Positions 51,101-64,000 of a stretch of DNA of 64,000 bases are shown here, piece by piece. Within the stretch, counting starts at the first letter, position 1. Every line of letters begins with the position of its first letter. The DNA is from Saccostrea echinata. Taxonomy: Eukaryota. The notes below the pieces were generated by a model. It did no database searches. It saw nothing but the letters and a program-made list of their open reading frames with translations, and was not told the origin of the DNA. Position numbers and translations under genes: made by a program. The stretch spans positions 26,970,001-27,034,000 of the forward strand of contig NW_026889803.1 in the NCBI RefSeq assembly GCF_033153115.1, written 5' to 3'.

Positions 51101-54100
51101 AGGCATATCTCATCAAATTTTTTCTAGTTAGTGTGCATCCCAAGATCAATATCAATGCAAGTTTGGTTTGGGTAGGACTTACAGTTCCAAAAATAGTCCA
51201 GTCAGTTTATCATGAAACTTCAAACTCATTGCAACACAGTTTCTTTTGTTTTAAATAAACTCTAGAATGCTCAAAATAAATAAAATCTTACAAAATTGGA
51301 TGACCGGAAAGCATATTATTTGGGGTTCATAAATTTTCTATGAAAATAACCATGGAAAGGGGCATAACTCTTGTCAATTTAGTAGATTTTGGTTAAAATT
51401 TTGGTGCATTTTTCTAACCTGAATAAAGAGGAAATGAATTAAACTGTGTAAAATGACATTTATAGATGCAATAAAGCCTTTTATATCCAGCAAAAAACAT
51501 TTTTATAGATGTGTTTAGGCTTATTCAGAGTGTATGTTTCATTTATTTTCCCCATAATGATAAAATTTTAGGGCAGACTGTTATCAAAAATTCTGTCTCT
51601 AAATTTTTATGGATATGTGCTTTTTTATTATATTTTAGTAAATATGTACTAAATGAAATGATCTGTGCTTACTAAATCTTAGTCGAACAAAAATTTATTT
51701 TTTTTATTCTTTTTTAAATTCTGTGATCATTATATATCTATATTTAAAAAATGCTATACAGCTGAACTTCGATATCTCGAACACGGATATCCCGTTTTTT
51801 GGGGGGTCCCATCCAGTATGAAATAACAAGGTTTAACTGTGCATTTCCAAATTACCAAATAGTATGAAATTAAATTCAAAATGGCCATTTCAAATTCATA
51901 TTATTTACATGAAAAAATGATCTATTAAACTGTTTCAGAAAAGTTTAAATCAGAATTAAATTTCAGGAAAAACTGAAATTTTCTTTTAATATTGCTTCAG
52001 CAAAACATTGGATGCATTTGAAGAGTTATACCCCTTTTCTATAGTAATTCCAATGGCTAATTAAATCATGCCTAAGTTATGCTTTCTGCCCATTAGATAT
52101 TCTTAGATTTTTTTGCTGCAAAATTTTGTATATGTTAGATTTAATTTATAACAAAATAATTTATGTTGCAATTAGTTTGATGTTGGGCCCATATACTGGA
52201 CTGGTGTCGGGTGGTTACGCTCCGATTCCGTGTTCGACCCGCGTGGTTACGACCCAAGTGGTTTCGACCTACTCTAATATATATCCCTACATGTCAATAC
52301 CTGAGTACAGGGGTATACACTGTGCGGTAAACAAATGGATATCCGGTAGCTGTATATTGTATGGCTTCAGAGATGTGCGTGTCAATAGGTAGTTGTTTCC
52401 GTATGTGTAGTCAACATGCAGGTTTCCTAACATTTTTTTCTACTATCGCGGAGCATGAATGTTGATAAATTTGATTTAGTAATGAATTATATTTAAACAG
52501 TTTTCCATAAAAATTAATCAAATACTTCTTCAAATGTACCGTGATCACATATGCACTGTCTGAACAATGTACGTTTCTCCTAATTTAATTACATAAGATA
52601 ATTAACACAAATATACGTGGTCAATATAAAAAAATTGTAGACGAAAAAATAAAATGTAAAACTTTTAAAAGTGTTAATTAATTTCGTTCCGAAGCAATTA
52701 ATTGTTAATTAATTGCTTTGGAACGAAACCACTCGGGTCGAACATGGATTTGTGTCGAAACCACGCAGGTGGAACAAGTCATCGGAACGTAACCACCCGC
52801 ATTCTACTGGACTAAAAATTTAACCTGTCCATTCATCCTGAAAATATAGGTCAGATCCAGCATCCAAAGAAAGTCTGGTAATGTGCATCCCTAGATGCAT
52901 TATCCCTGCAAGTTTGGTATAGCTAGGGCTTATAGTTACTTGGGAATGGACCTGTATCAAAATCTTCAACTTGTTCATCAAATGGAAAATGTAGATCAGT
53001 TCCAGCATCCAAAGTAAGTCTGGTAATGTGATTCCTTAGATGCATCATCCTTTACGATTGGCCCAGGTAGGGCTTATTGTTACTTTGGAATGGGCTCGGT
53101 TTGAAATCTATAACCTGGTCACTTATCTGGAAAATGTAGGTCAGTTCCAACATCCGGAGCAAGCCCGATACTGTATATCCCTAGATGCATCATTCATGAA
53201 TTTTAGGTCCAGGGAGGGCTTATAGTTACTTGGGAATGGATTTGCTCCAAAAACTTAAACCTGGTCACTCATCTGGAAAATGTAGGTCAGATCCAGCATC
53301 CAATGCATGTCTGTTAGTGTGCAACCTTAGATGCATCATCCATGCTAGTTTGGTCCAGGATTCCAGGTAGGCTTTATAGTACCTATGCAATGAACTTGCT
53401 GCTAAAACTTTAACTGGTATGTTAATGCCAATGCTGGGGGTATAGCAAAAGCTCATCAACTTCATCAAGGTGAGCTTAAAATCAATCAATTTTATTTCGC
53501 AAATGGTGCTTTTCGTGATGAGTTCTTTAGTATATATACAAATTTACAGTAATCTGAGTTTGAGGCCTATGGACGAAATTGCTAACCATATCATATCAAT
53601 CAGTTTACACATAATATTATATAGAAATGAGTTATTTGATAGAAAAATCTCTTGCAAAAATTTGTGATTTCTTCAATGTTTCAACAATCTTAAGAATGTA
53701 TGAAATAATTTGCATTTTAAAATTAAAACTTTTTTATTTTTATTTTTAATTTTTAAATTTTTTCTCTTTCAGAAATATTCCCGTACATAAGTAAACATAA
53801 AAATAATCTGAAATAAAGTGCTTTACTCCAATTCTGTCTTTTAGCGTCTCTACATACCTGAAGAGTGGCCAGTCTGGGACTAACTGGGTTGTCTCCCTCC
53901 ACCTTTAAGTTCTCACTAATTGACATTAAATCCTAATGGAAAAGAAAAAATATTTTATGAAATTTAAGTTATTGGTAAAGGCAGTTTGAAATTTTGATTT
54001 CAGACTTGTTAGATTAAGCTATTTCTCATTGTTCCCTTAATTAGCTAGATAAAATGAAAACTTTGGGCTCAAGTAGGTCATAAACACAAAATTACATGAT

Positions 54101-56064
54101 CAAAGTATATTTTAAGTGAAGTGACCTTAAAAAACCTGTAAAGTATTTCATGTAAATGAACTTTCACGAGTCAATAGTATTCCACTTTGCAAAACATAAT
54201 TTCTTGACATCTTACTAATTTAAGTCATGATTTTTCATTATTGACCAGAACTTTTTTGCACCCCATAATCTCAAGAAATAAGCAAAAAAATAAAGTTTTT
54301 GTGGATGAGAACCTGTAAGTATTTTTCATTCCTCTGACGTGCTTTTTCTATATCTACAAGCTCAGTGGTTTGGAGTCTCGTTGCTCTGTTTTTGGAGTAA
54401 GCTAAACTGTAATTCAAGTGAGTCTCCCTCTTTCCTACTCTGTAAACAAAAAAAATTTAGTAAAACATATTAAAATTGTGTTATTGTAAATATATAGAAC
54501 ATGATAAAGAAGAGAGATAAAAAAAATGCTAACAAATGGATGGTAAAGGGGAATATCTTAAATCAGAAGGAAATGGCATTATGCACACACCCAAAATAAT
54601 AATGGTCTTAAGATATGCTGTCTTATCAGATGAATAAGGTCAGAATAAGGTCAAGTATGAAAAGAGGATCAAACGATTCTTCAGCAGACATTGATCAATT
54701 TACATTGAACATATGTACTATCACCTTATAACCCTTGTGAAAAAAAAACTTTAATCAGCACACATTATTGTTTATAAACATAAGTAACAATATGTCATGT
54801 AAAAACTAGCAAAGATGATGTATAGATATATATTAAACCTATAAATAAAGACAGGTGGTAGCTAGAGATTGAGAAGCTATTGGGGAGAGCAATATCATAT
54901 GTAAGGAAAAATGTCAGAGTACCCCTCCTGTCCTACCAGCAATGGAGAGGAGGCAACTTCTATTCAAGAATGGTCTTCCTAAGATTTTTACTATCATATA
55001 TGATGGCAGATGCGATGTAATTTTCTCACTTAATAAATATGAAAAAGTGTTGCACTAGTTAATACGAAAAATCATTTTTAAGCAAACTTAACAAGTTTTG
55101 CCTACAAGTATTTCTTTTCTTGTGAAACTCTTCTCAAACAGACTACATACAGATAACAGTTTCTCAGTACATTATTTTGTCTCATTAACTGAGAGGTATA
55201 GGAACCTCTATCTACTCTAATCAGTACTACTGACTTATTTTTTCATTACAAAGAAGGACATGAATATGTAGGCATGTCAAATAAACACAACTTAATTTTC
55301 TAAACTCAATCTATATCCCAATATATTTACATTCGTAAAAATATTCTCTTATGTAACACTATTTCAGGAATCTTTAAATTTATTAGGTACTGTACACAGG
55401 TTCATCACATAGCCATAAATTAATGTACTAATTTCTCAGTTCTGTCATAAAGGATTCAATTTATACTGCTGAGTTTCGAAAAATAATACATTTCATGGGT
55501 TTAAGAATAATATTACAGTGCAAATATAACACTTTATTATGATGAAAACACAAATGTAAATACAGGCTTTAAGGAATTTGATCACGTAATAATCAACCCA
55601 TATCTATGTCTTGATAGATGTTTAAAAGTGATACAGTATTTCTTATGCAAATGATGGAGCACTTTACAATAAAGTGATATCACAAGTGGACTTCAGTGTT
55701 CTGTATCTACACATGCTTTGATGTGAATGTTGTGAATCACTCTAGGTTCACGTCAGATCATGGTTTATTATATATTACTTCTACATTATGGCATTCACTA
55801 GGAGATGCAATACAAACAAACAAAATAATAGGCACACAGTCATCAAATGAAAAACATTTAAAGTTTACATCAATAATTTACACCCCTTCCCTCGGCTTTC
55901 TTTCTGACTTTTCAACATCCATTATTTCATCCCAAACCAACCTAATAGTCTTACATTTCCTCATGTAATCGAGACAACTGTAACTCTCTGTCTTTCCATT
56001 CAGCTATTCTTGAAGAATACAAGTTGGTAACTGGCCTCAAATCCATTTCAGAAGTGTCTTTCAT
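48200..56064 (-). CDS. CEP15: C3orf14/CEP15 (DUF4570-family) homologue
   Basis: Exons 56064-55955, 54439-54313, 53932-53858, 48463-48200, all GT-AG and in phase. ELQLSRLHEEIVGKR, ARQRNEKYLQDL and LQSNYWAMVKSLKPLWEENL parallel human EIRLSKRHEEIVSQR, AFKRNLSLLKDI and [20 protein letters not shown] (recalled, not aligned). Confidence 0.8.
52203..52804. mobile_element. Mutator/MULE-type MITE in a CEP15 intron
   Basis: Imperfect long TIR (cgggtggttacg.tccgat) and perfect 9-bp TSD TACTGGACT at 52194-52202 and 52805-52813. Confidence 0.85.
52820..53480 (-). mobile_element. HINE-like element with internal ~120-bp tandem units
   Basis: About 4 units containing ctggaaaatgtaggtcag.tccagcatcc...ctagatgcatc; terminus aaagctcatc...aggtgagcttaaa. 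Confidence 0.6.
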
Positions 56065-56565
56065 CTTCTCTCAGCTTATTATAAATCACAATTTTTCCAA
56101 TATTATAGGCTACTTCAAAACATGTCAGAGCATAGAAAATAAGGAATCAGTTGAAGCTGACAATCCAACAAATATGAAAAGGAAAGGTTTAGTTTACACA
56201 GATCGTAAATACGCTCTCCAAATTAATTATCCATAACCTTAAGCTGATAGCGACTGTGATACCGATACTGCGATCATAGCGTCTTTGACGATCAATCCGG
56301 AAACTAGGTTAAACTAATTTCCAAACCAAAGTCGGTTTATTGTCTGGAACCCCCCCCCCCCCCGACCAAAACAAACAAACAAATAAAAAGAAAAACAAAC
56401 ACCCCCCCCCCCCCCATAAAATAAATAAAAAAGAAAACAAAAACAAAACAACCATAACAAAAGAAAAGCCGGTACCCGAAAGAAAATCAAAGATCTATCA
56501 ATTTCTAAACCTTGGGGGGGGGGGGGGGGGGACTAACAAAACACTAGTTATAAGTATTTCCGCGC

Positions 56566-56567
<2 letters not shown>

Positions 56568-56623
<56 letters not shown>
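56568..56623. repeat. (GA)n microsatellite; (AAAT)n and (GATA)n tracts follow at ~56983-57176
   Basis: Directly visible. Confidence 0.95.
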
Positions 56624-56627
<4 letters not shown>

Positions 56628-58527
56628 ACCAAAAGAACCATTTTCTTTGAGGGGCTTTCTTTATTTACTAGTATACATAAAAAATGTCAGTTTCTTTTCG
56701 TTCTTGGTGCAAAGAACTAAGCATAATCAAGGATTTCCCCCCTGGAAATGTTATACGTTTTTATATCCATCAACAAATCTGTCATCTTCGCTAGCGAAGA
56801 TGCAAATCTGTTTAAATATCAGACTTCATAAAATGTATTTCCTCGTTTGATTCGTAGCTACAAGTGTAAAAAGGGGTCCAGCTTTACTCAGATCAGCTGA
56901 TCATTTTTTAAATAGACTTGGTAGCCATTGTCAAATTTGGGGGAGGGGAGTCCCGAATATTTTTCCAATATAATAATACATTAAATAAATAAATAAATAA
57001 ATAAATTAATTAATAAAATAAGATAACTAAAATAAAATAAAATAAATGAATAAAATAAAAACTTATAATGATAAGAAACAAATATTAAATTCATTAAAAT
57101 TAATAATAAATGAATGAATAAATAAATGAATGAATGTATTATCGATCGATCGATCCATCGATAGATAGATAGATAGCATTTCCTAACTATGACGTCACAA
57201 TTAGAGCACCTAGCTGTCTTGAATAGTGCTCCACGCGAACTTAGGCTTTATAACAGAAATATGATATCTCGCCGATTTTCTTTCTAAATCGCAGACATTT
57301 TATTATTATTATTATTTTTTTTTAAAAAAGCTACTACTCATAATCAAAATGAAAAAAAAATTATAGTTTTTCATGACATTTTTCCTATGCTTAATTATTT
57401 CAAATTTTCTTAAAGCTATATCAAAAATATGGTAATGTATGAATAAAATTTGGTTGTGAAAGGAATTGGAACCTACCCCCCACCCCACCCATTTTCGAGT
57501 TTGGCTATTTTCCTTTTGTTTCTGGTCTTTCAAACTTTTTTCAGGTATGTGGTCATTTTTTGTCCCCCCCCCCTTTTCAAAACTATACTACGTGTCTGTT
57601 TTCTATGAGTTTTCAGAATTTTAAAAATTAATTTGTGTTCATTACATGTAATGATAAAGAAGGTAAGTTGACATGTATGGTCCTTACTATTTCTGTTCTG
57701 AATGAACACTTCAAGGCCCTCTGAATGGGGTGGGTGCGATCGCACCCCTGTCCCCACCGGGTGACCCACCCCCTTTTTGACAAAGAGTCAGTCATCTCTC
57801 AGATATAGCAAGTTTTACATGAAAAAGACTTCCATAATTCAACAGAACTTCAAAAACTACCCATTTCTTTAAAAAAGAAAAATCTGGTTTAGGGGAGGGT
57901 ATACCCCCCCCCCCCCAAAACTCCCCTGCACCCCTTTTTCCGAAAAAAAAACCCCACAAAAAACTGGTGATAGCTTAATGCGTCATTCATGTAGAAACTA
58001 TGTAATGAAAAATAAAAACAGGAAAACCTCCCAAACAGTGAATATTGTAGTTAAAATTGGTTGACAGTTATTGACCCCCATAAAAATTGCCTCGCCAATA
58101 CTACCCGTAATTCGGTCACAGACCTTATCAATCTGCAAATGTCATTTACATGTCGCGTGAAATATTTTTACTCTTATATAGCATAATTTGGAAGTAATTG
58201 CCACTTAATAAACAAAGAAAGAAAAGATGACAAGAATGTTAATTGCGTTATTGAAGTTTTAAGAAACAATTAACTCTTGGTAACGAACTTATTTAGGTCA
58301 CCCGGTGGATTCCACTTCACGTGTGTGTACGAGGGCGTGCGATCAACCGAGGTAAGAGTTGCAGAGTATCACTTCTGTGCTGAAGGCGGAGAGAGACTCC
58401 GATGTTTTTCTTTAGGCGAATGCACTAAAGAGAGAACGTTTGTTTTCTTCTTCACAGAGCAAGTCACGGATCGTTATTAGCCAAGAGTCCTCACGGTGGG
58501 GGAAAGTTTGCACCTCTTTTGCGGAGG

Positions 58528-61500
58528 ATGTCTGCTGCTAAGTCGCTACCCCACGGGCTGCTAATAGGATTAGTCTTTGTGTTGCTCATTGTTCAGGGAA
58601 CTGTGAATGGGGAGTCTTCGGTAAGTCGTATAATTGTGCTGTAATTAAACTATTAAATTACGCAGAGTTGACAAAAATGAATGGAAATATCCTTTTCTCT
58701 GGATGTTAAAGTCAACGGACCACTTGATCTCTTTGGCTTTAAAAGCATTTAAACTTTTCATTCACAGAGTTTGCTTAGGTAAAACAAATTTGGAAAAATC
58801 CGTCGAGCCCTTAGCGACTGTGTGCATTTTGCGCATACTTCATAATTTTCGCTTAGCCAAAAGATCGCTCTTTCTCTCTTTCTGGATGTTTCTGTTTTTT
58901 GGTAACCTAAACTCTAAACAATTTTCTGTTGTTCTAAATTACCTGTCAGGTTTTTGATGATTAACACCTGGTGTCTGAAGGGGGTATTTGTTTAGGTATA
59001 TTAGTAAATATTTGTATAAATATAATTACCCTCCTCTAAAAACACAAAAAATGGAAACTTTTTACTCTAAAGGTGATATGAATAAATTTTGCAACTATGA
59101 TATTTTTTTTTCAGAGGCAATTAGTATTTTAGTGTAAACAGATCATAGGTCGCAAAACAGTATTGAATGCGATTGATTGTTAAACTTATTTTTTTTTCAC
59201 TATTAGCAACTTTAAATGGGGAGCATAGTTAAGAGGAAGGGTAATATTTCCCAAATGTTTTAAATAAAATGTTTCCCCCCTTTCCTTAGAATAACACTAC
59301 GCAGTTGATAATTAGGGCAGTATTCTTATAATGCACAGCCTAGAAAATCGAAATAATGGAAAAGGTGAAGTAAAAATTAAACCAACAGTGTAATTGGCTT
59401 AATAATGTAACATGCTGAGTTGGTGTGGTCTAGAAGTAAAAAACTGCTGGTTAAGCATCTGTTTTCTCTACATACAACTAATTTATAACCAGTGGGGATA
59501 CCTGCTGTAGTAAAAGCTAAATAGAAAAATATATGTATTTCCAATATCAATAAAAACTACAAGAGTTTACCAATAAAGTTATTTATCTTGGAAGAAATTG
59601 CGTCTGGCTGAAAAACATGGAAAGTAGGAATGTATCGCTGAGCATTTAGGGGAAAGGGGCCTTGTAATTTCAGGAATAGCTTCTGTTCATGAAAAATAAA
59701 ACTTCTTAGATATGTTAGATACAGTGCTTTACAGTTAAAGTTAATTGCATGTTAAATTATTTCCGAGGGAGTTTAAAAGCAAAAATAGTATTTTCATGTA
59801 CAGCTTTGCAAATGTCTTAAAATCAAAGAGCAGAAAAGTTCTCAATAATTTTTCTCTATATAGTCACAGTTGATATTGGACCTTGGAATTGTATTCAGGT
59901 TCTTCCATTTCATTTGCCCATCCTCCCCCTAGTCAGAACTAGAATTCCCTTACCTTTTACTGTGTTTAATTTGTTTATAATGCTTTTTGCTTATACATGT
60001 ATAAAATGCACCATGATATAGTAGACATGAATATTGGAGAAGCCAGTAACGTTTCGCAATATAGATCACAACTGATTAACTTATTTTTTTGCTTTTCGCG
60101 TTGGAAATGGAGGGACTATAAGGTTTCCACTCTCTAATGAGAATTGGCTGAGGTGAACAAACCAGTTTCATTTTCACTTAACTCAGAAGGTTTATTGTAC
60201 CAGTGGGATTGTAGACAAAATGCCTACCCATTTCCCAGGCATTTTCAGATCTATGTACCATGAAATTGTTAAATGATCTGTGAATTGATGGTCAACCTAT
60301 AGTGTGACCAAAGGGTTGTAAAACCAATGCGATGACCACACCACAATGCCTGGGTCCAAAGATCAATTTATAGTTGCCCACTTGCCAGGCTTAATTCTCC
60401 AATACTTGTTTTATAAATCTGTTATCTGACAATCTTATCAGGTAATTTACTTATCTTTTTGAATAAGAAGCTGATTTGATAAAGGGAGATGGAGTGAAAA
60501 TTGGAGAGAATGCCAACTTGTTTGTCCTCTGGCATATGTAATATCAAGGTAGCATATATTTTAGATCAATTTTTCATAAAATATACAATTTGAGAAATGA
60601 TTAAAAATTTTGATATAAGTAGGAGGATTAGGAATTTTAAGGGTATATTAATGCCAAAGTGTTGAATAAATGTATGTTGAGAAGAATCTTAAGTTAGATA
60701 TGCCATAAAATTCTTGTATATCCCACACATTATATAAGAGCTTTAATTTACTGTAAAAACCACAGAGAACGGGTTTTCATATTTGTGTAAATTCTTTCCA
60801 TGTTCCATTGATGCTTCAGAGTATAGGTTTGAGAAAAATTTTAAAAAGTTGAAATGGTGTACATCTATATTGATTCCGAGGAATTCCCATGAATGTACTT
60901 TGAATAGAGGGTTGGAAATAGAGGCAAATAAAATGCTCATTTGGAGACCTCTTCTGGAGCAGGTCTTTGCATCTTGAATGATGGCACTATCTTTGATGAT
61001 ATTGTCAGATTACATGTACATGTATACTTGAAAAAAAATCTTGTGGATTTAAATGTCATGAATATATTGCCTGTATGTTGTTGTAGATAACTTTTCATAA
61101 TTTCAGTCAAGTGGATAAAAATGCCGATGTTTTTAATATTAAAGACTGGAGCCAGACAAAACAGCTATTGAATGAGTAAATAGATTAGTCATCTGGTTAA
61201 GATGCTGTGAAGATATAAAGTAATGTGGAAGCAGGTCTGACTAAGCTTTTAATTATTTTTCTGTTGACGATGGGGTAAAGAGATTGAAAAGTGCAGGAAA
61301 ATGCAGAGCTAGTTCAATCCAGGTGTCTTGTGAAACATAAGCATATGCCAAAAAAATGTATGATTTGCAGGTGTGTTGCTATATTCCAGAAAAGACACTA
61401 GGCTATTAAAGTGAATTTTAGGTCAGAAAGGATAAAGAAAACCTGCATGCAATCTTTTCCTCTTCATTTATTATAAAAGATAAAAACCAAGGAAGCTATG

Positions 61501-62626
61501 CAAAGTTTGAGCCTGAGAACCAGTTGCAAAATATATAAACGTGATGATCGTACATGTGGTAATTTAGGGACGAAGTTTTTTTTTAAAAAAATGATGGTTC
61601 AACTGGTTTGCTAAAGTTGCATTCTGTAATTTATCTTTATGCCTTGTCCAGCTATTTACCTCATATTTCACATTGTTGTATACTTGTGTACCAATGAGGG
61701 AGAAAAATGCAGTGGATAAGTACAGGATTTGACCCTGGGCCCCCTTTAACACTATATAGTCAGGTAGCTATCTGGCCACCATTGATCAAATCTGCCTGAA
61801 TTCCACAATCCCCCCTCCTTGAAGGTCTTTGATCCCCCTGAAGACACTGACCCAGGCTCTTCCCTGGCAGATCTTTTATCTATCACTTCCAGGGCATGGC
61901 ACAGCACACCAGATGTAACTGAAGAGAAGAAAAAATGTGATGGACCAGATCAGGATTCAAACCTAGGCCCCATGAATCATTAGGCAGGTGCTCTACCAAC
62001 TGAGCTATTTGGCCACAGGTGATTCTGAAATTCTGGTCTAGTCTGTTGCATTCTTCTCCCTTGTCTGTTACACTTGGTGCCATGCCATGTCCTGGAAATG
62101 ACAGGTGAAAGACCTGCCTGGGAAGAGTCTGGGTTGGTGTTTTTTGGGGCAAAGATGTTTAAGGAGGGAGGAATGTGATGGTCCTCTCCTGTTACAATTT
62201 TATAGTGTTTCATGACTTGACCCCAAGTCATTTCAGATAGGTCAAGGTGATTGTAGCTCTTGAGCTGTATTTTCAAAGCCATGATAGATGAATTGATACT
62301 TCGCACCAAAGAGTTCAGTTTACATGATCTTGATGCAAAGTCACCTTTCTTTGGTGAACATCATTGTTTACCCATTGAAATAAAAGATGGGTACTGGTGG
62401 GTATGGGGATGGATTTTTTCCTGTAATCAATTCAATGATGACTTTCTAACTTTGTCTTAATCTTTTGTATAGGAAAAGGACTTTGAGTTTGATGATGTAC
62501 AAGTTGTAGTCCAGAAGAGATCTGTAGAAAATACATTGAAAGATGATGAGGATTTTTTACAAGATGAAGGTTCAGGTGACGTGGAGGGCAGTGGAACTGG
62601 AACCCTTGTGCCTCCAACAGTACCAG
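58528..62626 (+). CDS. First two coding exons (58528-58620, 62473-62626) of a secreted or cell-surface heparan-sulfate proteoglycan (perlecan-like; syndecan-like not excluded); gene continues beyond the window
   Basis: Exon 1 is a signal peptide ending at gtaagt. Exon 2 is in phase: EKDFEFDDVQVVVQKRSVENTLKDDEDFLQDEGSGDVEGSGTG, with acidic Ser-Gly GAG-attachment sites reminiscent of perlecan domain I. Confidence 0.65.
61687..62180. mobile_element. Degenerate miniature LTR element with tRNA-like LTRs (minus-strand LTR-internal-LTR, plus a partial inverted copy)
   Basis: Minus strand: A-box TAGCTCAGTTGG and B-box GGTTTGAATCC (62014-61942), LTR end GTTACA, TGG PBS-like site, ~105-bp internal part, PPT aaggagggggga, second LTR. 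Plus strand repeats GTTACA-tggtgcc...aaggagggagga-tgtga. Confidence 0.6.
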
Positions 62627-63025
62627 GTTAGTTTTACTACATTACCTTGATGATATAGAAACTTACCACAGTACCAAGGTAGTGTAGCTACCATACCATC
62701 ATAATACAGAAGCTTCCCACAAAACCAGGCTAGTGTAGCCACTACCACAGTACCAGGTATAACGATTTATCAGAGTACCATGTATAGCCACTTACTAAAC
62801 TACCAGGTATAAACACTTACCACAGTAACAGATATAGCTACACAGTACATGTACGAAATATTTCCACTTATCACAATACCAGATATACATGTATCTACTT
62901 ACCATATTGGAATAGTACCAGATATAGCCACTTACCAGAGTGCCAGGTATAGCCACTTACCACAGTACCAAGTATATTTATTTACCATATTACCAAGTAT
63001 ATCCACTTACCACAGTGCCAGGTAT
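62618..63025. repeat. ~25-bp minisatellite (ccacagtaccaggtatagccactta) starting at the exon-2 donor site
   Basis: About 15 diverged units; the first overlaps the exon end aacagtaccag|gttag. Confidence 0.8.
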
Positions 63026-63031
63026 TATTAG

Positions 63032-63381
63032 TTATCCAGGTCCAATCAAGGGTGTATGGGGATTTACCCCGGGTTTTTTTCAATACACCCTGAGGCCAAA
63101 GTAATCCCTACACCCTTGATTGGACCTGGATAAAGAATTTATTTCCTATGTACCCAAATAAATTCTTTGTAAACAAGTCCAATCAACTGTGTTTCAAGCT
63201 ATCGATAAGATTTACTACGTCCTACAATGCATCGTGACGTCATATTATTGCTTTTTATCATAGAGAAACTATGCATTGTGATGTCACGTTTTTTATCCCA
63301 GGCTCAAGTCGGGTGTGTGGAAATTTACACCCGACTTTGTAACCAATCAAAGCTCGTGTTACAAGCTACATAGGAAATAAA
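63032..63381 (+). mobile_element. 350-bp hairpin-ended element (same architecture as the 943-bp element, different sequence)
   Basis: Hairpin ttatccaggtccaatcaagggtgta...tacacccttgattggacctggataa (63032-63133), then inverted pair tttatttcctatgta / tacataggaaataaa. Confidence 0.7.
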
Positions 63382-64000
63382 GATACTCACCTCAGGACAT
63401 GTTGTGTGTATTTACTTACTGTAGACAAATCAGATCTGAGTAATACCCTTAAAAATACAGAAAAATGGAGATTCTCCCACATTTTATTGTTACTCTTTGT
63501 CATGGAAATGTCTAAAACAAGTGGTGTATTTTTAGTGCTAATGGAGCATTTGTCTTGGAATGATACTTCTTTCATATAACAATTGCATAATTGTTGCATA
63601 CAGAAAAACAAGTCACTCTTTATTGGTGGCATATGTGTTTATGATGGCTTACAATACTGATATAGTGAACACAAATGCTTATACTGAAAGGTTTGTTTTG
63701 CTAGTTTATCAAGTACAAGGCTTATAGAGTCATTTATTTTTGACAAAATACTGCAATATGCAGATGCAAAAAACCTAGCGATAAACTGTATGAGATGTGT
63801 CAAATTCCAGATAAGAGAATTTGCCTCCGAGAATCTAGGATGCAAGGATTAAGGGTGATAAATCATTCACCTGTTCATATTGGCAGTATAGAAACACCAG
63901 GTTAACAGATTAACATTGTGATATTTTGACTCTTATCTTTTGATGGCTCATCAGACAGTCTACCTGGGACAGGGAATGCTCCCTGAGTCTCCGTCAGCCT

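Noticed and set aside
61942-62014. Functional tRNA gene
   Set aside because: Stems are degenerate and it is embedded in a repeated LTR-like unit.

Overview
AT-rich eukaryotic (spliceosomal-intron) genomic DNA, most likely from a bivalve mollusc such as an oyster (inferred from the repeat families and gene style, not provable here). Host genes, in order: last exon of a syntaxin-1-like gene (+); an intronless ~1050-aa class-B/Methuselah/adhesion-like GPCR (-); a 2-exon stathmin-like gene (+); MRPL47 (-) head-to-head with prohibitin-2 (+), which carries an AT-AC U12-type intron; a C3orf14/CEP15 homologue (-); and the first two coding exons of a secreted heparan-sulfate-proteoglycan-like gene (+). 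About half the window is mobile DNA. The most unusual structure is a very young R-I-R-I-R array at 11255-23011 (three 456-bp terminal repeats, two 2.17-kb internal segments, 13-bp inverted junction sites, outer 4-bp ACAT duplication, no PBS/PPT), into which a near-intact 6-kb esterase-ORF1 LINE has inserted. Also present: two apparently identical inverted copies of a 943-bp hairpin-ended element around the stathmin-like gene, two TAYG-ended 6-bp-TSD elements (one a 2.9-kb foldback) that expanded the MRPL47/PHB2 intergenic region, Helentron-type elements with internal satellites, a MULE-type MITE and a tRNA-in-LTR mini-retroelement.
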